Assembly: GCF_009914755.1 (NCBI RefSeq)
Contig: NC_060929.1
Reading direction: 5' to 3' (one strand)
From: the human T2T-CHM13v2.0 reference genome, Homo sapiens
DNA: 64,000 nucleotides
The position numbers and the translations under genes were made by a program. Shown here one piece after another: positions 35,482 to 64,000 of this stretch (the first letter of the stretch is position 1; every line of letters starts with the position of its first letter). The notes below the pieces were generated by a model, which was given only the letters and a program-made list of their open reading frames with translations, was not told the DNA's origin and ran no database searches.

Positions 35482-35818
35482 GATTCTCGTTATTCAGGTG
35501 GTCAGATTCTGTAAGGTGGCCGCGAACACTGAGTTAGCGAATCCTGAACCAGTACCCTGGGGGAACACAGGGTTAGGTTCCTGGAGCCTCTAATCACACT
35601 CTTGTCGACTGACCGATACATAACTGTTTTACATGTTTCTGTTTAAAGATGCCTTATTTAATACGTATCCCTGATCGATTGGCATTGAGCTCACGGCCAG
35701 CAGCACTATCACTCACGCCTGAAAGACGCTGCTCGCATGCACGGATCTCCTTCACAAGGCACAACTCAGCCTTCTTGCTCTTAGGAACAAGAGCACTACG
35801 GCGCTATGCTCGGGAGGC
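35482..35818 (+). mobile_element. Partial MER82, near-identical to 38428-38757
   Basis: Direct alignment by eye shows only about a dozen differences over ~335 bp. Confidence 0.8.
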
Positions 35819-38422
35819 CAGTGTGACTGTGAACCAGACGTCTCTGCTGGCACGCCTGCCCCGACCACCTTCCTTCCCTCCCTGACCAGGCTCTTCTGCC
35901 AGCTGGAGACAGCTCTGACCCTCCCTCCAGGCCAGGCTGGGCCTGTCACCTGCTCCAGCCCGTGGCACCCGCTCAAGGCTGTGTCACAGCCCGGCTGTTC
36001 TGCTTGGGACTGATTTGTTTGCTTTGTCAAATCTCCTCAAGCAGACCCTGACCTAAGAAGCAAGGCCACAGGATAGATCCTCCCGATTGGCCTGGGGGAG
36101 GATGCCCACGGGAAAACGATTCCACCCAGAATCACACAGCTTGCAGTGAGTCACAAAAGGCCCCCAGAATTACTCCTGGAAGCCCCTTAAGTCATCCATA
36201 ATTTACTTTAAACTTTTTTTTTCATTTTTCTTTGCATTTCTATTACAGCCTCCTTTCCCTGATGCACAGAGGCCAAGGCCTAGTTGGTAGGTAGAGATTT
36301 CTTTTTCGGTTTCTTTGCCAGGAACCCACAGTTGAATTTGGAAGTCAAATTTACATGTGGTGCAACTCTACTGTATTATTTTCTGTTACACATAACATTC
36401 CTAGAAAACTAAAACAGAAGAAATCTCCTCCTCGCTGCCTGTGTGGATGTGTCAGCACTTTAATTAAAAATATTTATAGGCCGGGCACAGTGGCTCAGTC
36501 CTATAATCCCAGCACTCTGGGAGGCTGAGGCAGGGGAATCGCTTGAGCCCAGGAGTTTGAGATCAGTCTGGGCAACATGGCTGTCTCTACAAAAAATAGA
36601 AAAAATGAGGCATGGTTGCGTGGGCCTGCAGTCCCAGCTAGTCAGGAGGCTGAGGTGGGAGGATCGCTTTAGCCAGAGAGCTGCAGTGAGCTGTGATTGC
36701 ACCACGGCACTCCAGCCTGGGCAACAGAAAGAGAACGCCTCAAAAAAACATTTCTTTTTTTACATATGTGCATTAAAAATATTAGTTAAAAGTAACTCAA
36801 TCTTCATTTCATACTAAGAAACTATTCCATCTCTATGCTAGGTGCTGGGAATAAAAATAATATAATAGCTAATTAGAGTATTAAATGCTGTTTCTGTTTT
36901 CAGAGTTTTCCATGGATTATCTTATTTCATTCTCAGAACACAGTGGAGACAGGTACCATTATTTTCATTTTACCAGATGAAGCTGAGGCACAGAGAGGTG
37001 AAATAAGTTACCCAAGGTCACACAGCTGGGAAGTGATCAAATCAGAATCCTAACCCTGGGTGCCTGGCTGCAGAGCCTGCCCTCACCCTCGGAAGCTCCC
37101 GGCCTCATGGGCTTCCACGTAAAAGCGTGTGCAGACACGTCATGTCCAGAGGAGTAAGGAGGAAGGATGGGTCTGTGGAGTCTGGGCAGTTCTCAGAGGA
37201 GCGGGAGGGAAGGTTAGCTGGCATGGCGGACACTAGGCACAGCAGCCAGGAGGGGTGTGGCTCCTCCAGGCCCTGCAGCTGTGTGGTCCGGCTGAAGGCC
37301 AGGCTGTGAGCTGGGGAGACAAGGCCAGAAATGGAGGCAGGCAGACCCCCAGGTGTCCTCGAACACCAGGCTCAAGGGTCAGGACTCACTAAGCAGGTGC
37401 TGGCAGGGCCATGTCTGGTCTTGGTGAGTTGCTTCTGGGGCCTAGCCTGGCTGGCAGGAAAGGGAGGCACAGCCAGGGCCAGTGCAGGGCTTTGGGCCTG
37501 GCAGGAGGGGAGAGGTCAAGTGTGTGGCACGGGGCTACGTACATGGGCTCCGCTGCGTGGCTGTGGCTGGGCCCCTCCCCAGCACCAGGCCTGCTGTGAC
37601 TAAAGGGATTCCCACTCTGCCCCTCGTACTTTTCTCTCCCCAGGGACGGGCAGCTCTTGCTGCCAGAGATGGAAATCTCAAGGGCCCATGTTAAAGCAGC
37701 TCCTCTCCTCATTAGCACACACCAACCTCCTGGCCCACTCAGAAATGGTCCCCTCCCCACAGGAAGCCCCTCCTCTGGCAAACTCTTGCTGCCCCCAGGG
37801 TCCACTCAGGCTCTGAAGCCAGAGATCGGGGGTCTAACTGGGCTTCCCTGCTTGGCCTTGGACAAACTCCCCTTCCTAACTCTTACTGAGTTATTCAGTC
37901 CTGCAAAGGAGAAGGGCACTGCTGGTCAGGATGCCCGTGCAGAGCGCCCACCTGGGAGTGGGGCTATTCCCGGGGTGCCGCCCGCCCTGTGCTTTTACTT
38001 CCTTGACCCTTCCCCTCCTGAAGCTGGGTTCCAGCCGTGAGGTTGACAAACTTTTGAGTCTCATCATCTTCTCCCAGGCCTTCAAGGGAAACCACTACCC
38101 TGGAGAACAAGGGCACTGTGGCTTCTGCTTCAGAGAGGTACTGAGAGGGTCCAAACTGCAGCTGTGTGACTCTGAGCAGGTTACTCAACCCCTCTGGGCC
38201 AGAGTTTCTTCACCTTCAACATAGAGAAGACCAAAGTACTTATGCCTTCTGGAGGTACCGGGTGGTTCAGGCAAGTGCCTGGCACACAGGAAGCACTGTC
38301 TGAGCGTCAGCTAGGACTGTCATTTTCTCAGAGCAAACTCAACCCAGCAGGTACCCGCTGAAAGGGGACTTCCCTCCGCACTCTTGGACGGGTGAGTGCG
38401 CTTCCACCTAGGAGGACAACTA

Positions 38423-39503
<1,081 letters not shown>

Positions 39504-39680
39504 ACGGAGCTGCCTTTCTAAGATGGAAGCGAAGGCTCCTCCACTTCCCTCTTGCAGCCTTGGGCTATGCTGTCAGCAGGGAATACCACCCAGACACGTG
39601 GGCTACACACCCCTTCCTCTCGGCAACGGCCCTTCCAGGGCAGGCCCTGCCCAGCACCCCTCACCACTCAGGGCACCTAC

Positions 39681-39791
39681 CACACGCCACTGTCCAGTAG
39701 ACCTGGGAGTCCTGGGTCTGGTGCAGGATGCGGTAAGGGGCCACGCGGGCACTGGAGTCCAGCACCACGTCCAGGGTGCCCACGAGAAGAC
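39681..39791 (-). CDS. TBC1D9B: TBC1D9B exon 2 ([10 protein letters not shown]...YWTVAC, 111 nt)
   Basis: Acceptor ttcccag|GT, donor G|GTAGG; phase 1-1. Confidence 0.95.
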
Positions 39792-40039
39792 CTGGGAACA
39801 GGGCAGAGAGACATAGAGGGTGAGGGGAGGGCCGGACTGAGGCCCCTGAAGGCTGAGTCTGGCCGGAGGCAGACAGGATGGTGACGCTACCCAAAGGGTC
39901 CAGCCCAACGAGGGAAACGTCCGGAATGACCCCTGCGGTCAAAGGCCTTCAGCCAGTGTCTGATCCCGATCAAAAACATCCCCTTCTACTTCTTCCTGGA
40001 AGCATCTGCTTCTTCTCCTGGCTCAGAAACACTTGCAGG

Positions 40040-40870
40040 CAGAGGCAGATACAAGTTTCATGGGGCCAGAGCTTAAACAATTCTGGGAAGCCCTCTTTAC
40101 GTATACAAAACTAGACTACAAAACAAGTATTGCTTTAGACCGAGAAAGTACAGAGCTACACGTTAAAGTTAAAAAAGAACAATATCAGAAATATCACAAA
40201 ATCCAGAAAACCAACACAATGTTTTCCTAACTGCCATGTGCGTCTCCTGAAATACGTCTTCCGGACAGTTCTGGTCCTGTACTCATCGCTTCTTCACACA
40301 CAGGACAATGATTCTGCAACATTATTTTCCATATCAAGAACAGAAAGATAATGTCTCCCCTTTGCCATGACTCACTGATTTTTTATTACCGACAGTTTAA
40401 GGAAGTTTCTTTTAGCCTCAAAAAATCATAACTGAAGAAGTCGATCTTTAGAATTGTCAAATTTGGGAAAATATAAAGTTTTTTCATTTCTGAACTGAAA
40501 CATTTGAGGGCATTTCAAGTTTTTCTTCTCATCACATATACCCCTTTGATAGATGACACACATTAAGCAGTCTGTGGCAACGCTATCTTTGCTTTTATAT
40601 TTTAGGTAATGCTATCTTTGTCAGTGTCACTATTTCCTGACAAATCAGCAGGAAATATATAGCTTTTATCATTGTTTGATTCACTAATTGAATTATCGAG
40701 CAATCTAAAAACCTGTTTATTGTTTTTACTTGAAATTTTTTCTTCCTTTTAACGAAGTGCTGCTTTTGGCATGATCTGAAAATATTTTGTTACCATTTTT
40801 CCTGTTGATGTCAGAACAATTTTTATTGCTGTTATTCAACTTTAACACTTTTGTTTCATAGTCCATTAAT
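40040..40870 (+). mobile_element. Arthur1-like hAT-Tip100 DNA transposon fragment
   Basis: cagaggcagatacaagtttcatggggccagagctt start followed by an AT-rich body. Confidence 0.5.
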
Positions 40871-40880
40871 ACTTTTTTGA

Positions 40881-41132
<252 letters not shown>

Positions 41133-42682
41133 TAAAACCACATCCCTGTCTGCTCCTCTTCAGGGAGGACAGTACTCAGGAGGCCACGATGCCCATGATG
41201 GCACAGGGAAGCCCCTGTCAGAGGGCACAGCAGGACACACCAAACCTAGCAGTGGGGAGAGATTGGGAGAGGGTTCAAAGAAGGGTTCCCTTGGGGGGAC
41301 CCTGGGAGCTCGGTCCCAGGGGACACGGAGAGTGAGGTGGAAAGGAGAAGAGCCCGCAGGAAGGAGGTGTACAGAGACCGGGCTGCACCTGCACCCGCCC
41401 GTTCAATGAGACGACCCACATAAGCCTGCCGAGCACAGCACAAGTGTTTCAAGTACACCAGCGAATATGACACACTGGCGCGCTGATGACACCCTGGCGC
41501 GCTGGCGGAAGAAAAGGTGCCGGTCCCTCGCTTTCTTCATCGGGCTTGCAGTAGCTTCGAGGTTAGCCACAGGGGCTGCCGACTGAACAGCTGGATCTAG
41601 GAGGCGGGTCCAGAACAGGAGCCCGAGATCCTTGAAGCCCACTGGGAGGGAACCCGAAGCTGAAGGGAACACTGAGTGTTCCTGGGAACAGAACAGTCTC
41701 TTCCACATGAAGAAACGTAGCCCAGGAGAAGCCTCCGTCTGCATCTGGCTATTAGCTGCTCACACTGAAAATCAGGATGATTCACAGAAAATGCTCTTGA
41801 TAAACTGGACGACCTGGCAACACTGGGACCGCAATCCTGTAGGGCAACAGTCGGTGCCCCGAAGAGCACAGGCACTGAGCCCGAGCCAGCCGGGCTCCTG
41901 CAGTGCTGGGCGCAGGCCCTGGAGCATGAGGGGCCCCGGACACCACCTGCGGAGGGAGTGGCCTGTGGGCCTCCCCTGGATCCCACAGGCCGCACGACTC
42001 CAAGGGTGCCTGTCCAGCTTCATCCTGTGTCATGGTGGCACCCGGGCCCACAAAGGGCCACCTTGGCGAGCTTGCAGGAACACCCTGTGCCGCTACCCAC
42101 AGCCTTGGGTGCGCAGCTCTGAGAGCAGCCAGGAGCAGGAAAGGTGGGGGAGGAGAAGCTGGGGGAATGGGGGTGCGGCCAGCTCCAGGGACCTCTGATC
42201 TTGCTAAAAGGGCGATACTTTGGTGAGATGGGCACGAAGAAGAGGGCAAAAGAAAACGTGCGCTGGCGTCACCTGGCCCCTTAGAGGCACCTGGGGAAAC
42301 TGAGGTGGAGGATGAGGACAGGGCGGTCTCGCCAACTTTCGGCGGTGAGATCCCGGGAAGCTGCACGGCCCCCGGGGCTCGCGGGCGCCGAATCCGGGCA
42401 GAAGCCGCCGCCGGTCTCCACTTGGCCGCCCCAAGCCGACCTGAGGAGAGCCCGCCGAGGGCGCATTCGCCTCCCGCCAGCCCCTCGCCTCCCCGCCCCG
42501 GCCCCTCCGCGCCCGGCTCCCGGGTCCTGGCCTCGCGCCCCCGCCCCGCCGCGCGCTGGCGTGCGTGTCCGCCGCGACGCGCCGAGGCCGGGCCGGAACC
42601 GGACCCGCCCGCCGCCCGCCGCCAGCCCCGCCGCCAGCCCAGCCGCGGCGCCCACAGGCCCGGCCGCCCGCGCGCCTCTCAC

Positions 42683-42800
42683 CCGTAAGGCCGCCGCCCC
42701 TGCCGTGGCCCCGGCGTCGCTGCAGCACGAAGAAGGGGTTGGCCCGCTCCGTCACCCACAGCGCATTGGCCACCAGCACCTCCTCCGGGCTCAGCCACAT
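42683..42800 (-). CDS. TBC1D9B: TBC1D9B exon 1 coding part (MWLSPEEV...GGGLT, 118 nt)
   Basis: ATG at 42800-42798 inside the CpG island; donor G|GTGAG; ends in phase 1. Confidence 0.95.
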
Positions 42801-42927
42801 CGCGGAGCCGCTCGCACCGGGCCGAGGCCCGCGAGGCGGAAGCGCCCGCCGCCGTCGGCGTCCCGGAGCGGAGCGTGCGGAGCGGAGCGTGCGGAGCGGG
42901 CCGGGGCGGGGCGGGGCCGGGCGGGCG

Positions 42928-42941
42928 GCGCCCCCTGGCGG
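42928..42941 (-). promoter_or_regulatory. CTCF core motif
   Basis: Minus strand reads CCGCCAGGGGGCGC, matching the CCRCCAGGGGGCGC core consensus. Confidence 0.65.
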
Positions 42942-43124
42942 GCGTGTGGCGCTCCCGCACGCGGCCCGAGTTCCGCGCCGCCCCCTCAGCCCCGGCCTCG
43001 GGCGCGCGCCAGCCTGGCCTCCTGGAGCGGTGCAGCCCGCGGCCTCCGGCCTGGGTCCAGAACGGAACGGCCCAGTCCGCAGACAGGGGAGCCGCTGTGC
43101 AGAGCAGGGCTTCTGGCGTTTTGA

Positions 43125-43559
<435 letters not shown>

Positions 43560-44619
43560 AGTTCTCAGAATTCTGACACTGGGGCCGGGAGACTAGAAGA
43601 ATCTTCCAGCGCAGGGCAGGTGCCAGGAGGCCCTGATACGGGCTGCATCCTTGGAAATCAGTGCTGCCCCTCCCCTGACAGACGGGTCACAGAGGCTGGC
43701 CGGCCCTGGGGATGGGGTCTGGACTGGCCCTGGGCCCAGTGGCGGCTTCTGCGCAAGTGTGAGGCTGGCTGCAGGCGAATGCGGGTCCCTGGTCTCCCAG
43801 TGTTGGCCTGCAGGGGCAGCGCCAGTCCACACACAGCCTTCTGCATGAGGGGGCTGTCAACTCCACCTGGGACAACGGGCCTGGGGCCTGTCCGGGGTCG
43901 ACTGGGATGTGGGGTCACCCTGCTGGCTGGAACCCTCACCAGGGTCTGGCTAGAGGGCAAAGGGAAGGGGGCAGTTAAACCATCCTTGGAGCTGGACCTG
44001 ACTTCCAGGTGGGTTTCTGTGATTGGCACTCAAGAATCTTGGTGCGATGGATGTAGGTACATGCAGTTGACACCCAGAGTGATCTGCAGTCTTCTTCAAT
44101 GTTGCTGGATATAGGAATCAGCTTTCAAGATGCAGAGGCGGGCTTTCTTCAACACCTTGGAAGTCTGAACTAATATTGTCATTGTGCTCTCTAGAGGGAA
44201 AGAATTTGGAAGAACTGCACTTTTTAACACCCTGAGAGGAGGTAAAGAGTCGTCTTGTTCCTTAATCCCAGTGGTTCTCAAATTGGGTATACATTAGGAT
44301 CACCTGGAAGGCTGATTCAAACAGGCTGCTGTAGTCCCAGCCACTTGGGAGGCTGAGGTGGTAGGATCACTTGAGGCCAGGAGTTCAAAATCGGCCAGGG
44401 CAATATAGCAAGACTCCATCTGAAAACAAAACAAAACAAAAAACAGCCACACAGGTTGCTGCCCCCTCCCTCCCAGGGTGTTTGCACTGCTAACTCGTTC
44501 CTAGGTGATGTTGATGCTGCTGACCTGGAGACCACTCCTCGAGAATGGTTTTTTATAAGAAGAAAAAGAACAAACATTTATCGATCACTTAGTATGTGCG
44601 TGCTAAGCTTACTTCTTTT

Positions 44620-46172
<1,553 letters not shown>

Positions 46173-46289
46173 TAGAACGCTCAGCTCTTGTCTGTCAGGT
46201 GAAGACACATGGACTCCTGGGCTGTGAAGGTGGAGCCCATGCCAGCTGAGGCCATCGGTGCATTCTATCTGTGATCACAGGGGCTGGCT

Positions 46290-46600
46290 GGTGATGGCCA
46301 TGTGCCTCCAACCAAGTCAGTTGGGCCAGGGAAATACCGTCCTGACCTGGGCCACCTCCTGGGGACTGGCTCTTGTGTTGATGGAGCTACTGCCACCCTG
46401 AGCCTGGGGATGGGGTTCCCAATGAGGAGCAAAGTTGGCATGTGTCTTGGTGTCAGCATTTGAGGGTGAAATCACACCAAGCCTGACATAGGCACCCCTG
46501 GGCATTTTGGCTTTTGGGAGCCATGACATTCCCCTTTTGTGTTAGCCAGTTTTGGCTGGGTTTTCTGTCATTTGTAACCAAGAGAGTCCTCAGTGATACA
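46290..46600 (+). mobile_element. MLT1 (MaLR) LTR fragment
   Basis: gccagtttt.gctgggttttctgtcatttgtaaccaagagagtcct...gataca 3' end. Confidence 0.55.
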
Positions 46601-46634
46601 CGTCACCACCAACAATACTCCATGTGGTCAAATC

Positions 46635-46657
<23 letters not shown>
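46600..46657 (-). terminator. Polyadenylation signal AATAAA with downstream GU-rich element
   Basis: Plus strand tttatt at 46652-46657; minus strand downstream reads tattgttggtggtg; TGTA upstream at ~46693. Confidence 0.6.
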
Positions 46658-55300
<8,643 letters not shown>

Positions 55301-55410
55301 TCAGGTTTTGTTCTCATCATACATGTCCAAAGAAGGTTCGATGGTGGAGAATTCACTTTCATACACCAGACTCCGAGGGGACAAGGAGTTTCGATGAAAG
55401 AAGTGACCAC
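55301..55410 (-). CDS. RNF130: RNF130 alternative terminal exon, coding part (xGHFFHRNSLSPRSLVYESEFSTIEPSLDMYDENKT*)
   Basis: Strong acceptor tctctttctcttcttccttttccag|GT; phase-1 frame of 35 codons ending in TGA. The gene assignment rests on recalled gene order and isoform sequence; upstream exons are outside the window. Confidence 0.72.
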
Positions 55411-56079
55411 CTGGAAAAGGAAGAAGAGAAAGAGACTTAATAGGTCACCAGGCTTGTGTTTCTCACATGGCTAGGAGGAAACAATGCAGATTATCTTTGA
55501 AGCATGACATTTTCTTAACTATCCTTCATAAGGGGCTCTTATTAGAGAGATACAAAAAGTGCGGGCATCCTTCAATTCACGCAGGCTTTAAGCATCTAAG
55601 TTCCAATCTTCGGATCCCCAAGAGACTAACCACTGGAGCTCCTCAAAGCAAAAGCTGCCTGGTGCTCGTAAAAGGGTTCCACTTAGAAACGTGAAGACTT
55701 CTTCCTGGGCACATGATCTTATGGAGGACTGCCCCCCAGCCCTCTCATCTGGGCATATATATTTATATATATATATATATTTTTTTTTTTGAGATGGAGT
55801 TTTGCTTTTGTTGCCCAGACTGGAGTGCAGTAGTGTGATCTTGGCTCACTGCAACCTAATATGCCTATGTTGATCCTTCCGAATTTTTTTCAGTCTTAGA
55901 CTTTATCTACTGAATTCCCACTGTGGAAGATGAGGATTTTCTCCTAACCCCCGCACCCAAATTGCACATACTTTCCATTGCCCCAATATAATTATATTTT
56001 GATTTTAAAATTCCATAGTTACATTATTTGACTATCTGTGCTACTCAAAGCTGAGCTGTGCTTACATTTCCTTTTCTAT

Positions 56080-59800
<3,721 letters not shown>

Positions 59801-60012
59801 AAAATGGGATCAATTCAAAAATGCTTCCTATCTATCCACAGTAGCCCTCTAAGAGCAAGGTCCCACATAAAATATGAGCTATTTCATTTCTGACAAAGGA
59901 TCCTCAGCCCCCAGAAGCATCAGCACAATCCAACAGCACTAAGGGAGGAAGATGAAAAACAAAGAGCTGATGACAGGGGAGTTTCCTCTCTTCAGGATGA
60001 ATTAAAGCTATC

Positions 60013-62045
<2,033 letters not shown>

Positions 62046-62339
62046 CGTCAGAAGTGGAAATGACCGAATCTTTTTTGTTAGGGTAGTCATCAGCTGATAC
62101 CAAATCTTTGGCAATAAGAAAATGGGTCAGAACTTAAGTCAGTAATCTACATTGCTAACCAGTTTTCTTGAGAAAAATATAATGCAAACAGAGGAATGCA
62201 CAAGCAGCTGAATTTCAGAGGAAGGTATGAGTCTGGCTTTGCCAAGAAAGCACACATAATTTTTGACACCTGGAAATACACCAGATGTGTACTGGTCAAC
62301 TAATTATTATCTTTGTTATTGGCTACATAATGTTATTAA

Positions 62340-64000
<1,661 letters not shown>

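Overview
GC-rich, Alu-dense primate genomic DNA, recognisable as human 5q35.3. Most of the window is the minus-strand gene TBC1D9B, a GRAM-GRAM-TBC-EF-hand Rab-GAP. I reconstructed 21 coding exons by hand (ATG at 42800, exon 21 ending at 398). All have GT-AG boundaries and consistent phases, giving 1024 codons; the last exon lies left of the window. The gene has a CpG-island promoter at ~42250-43250 with a near-perfect CTCF motif. Upstream, on the same strand, is an alternative terminal exon that I attribute to RNF130 (coding 55410-55301), followed by an apparent ~8.7 kb 3' UTR with AATAAA at 46657-46652. The rest is interspersed repeats (Alu, L1, L2, MIR, MLT1, MER21/34/57, MER33, MER82, Arthur1-like) and a 47-bp x7 VNTR. 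Repeat family names come from my recall of consensus sequences and boundaries are approximate. I found no convincing new biological system. The best leads are testable hypotheses: a frame-compatible RNF130-TBC1D9B read-through, a stop-free 696-nt exon 4-6 circle, a locally duplicated CpG-rich MER82 segment, and the intronic VNTR.
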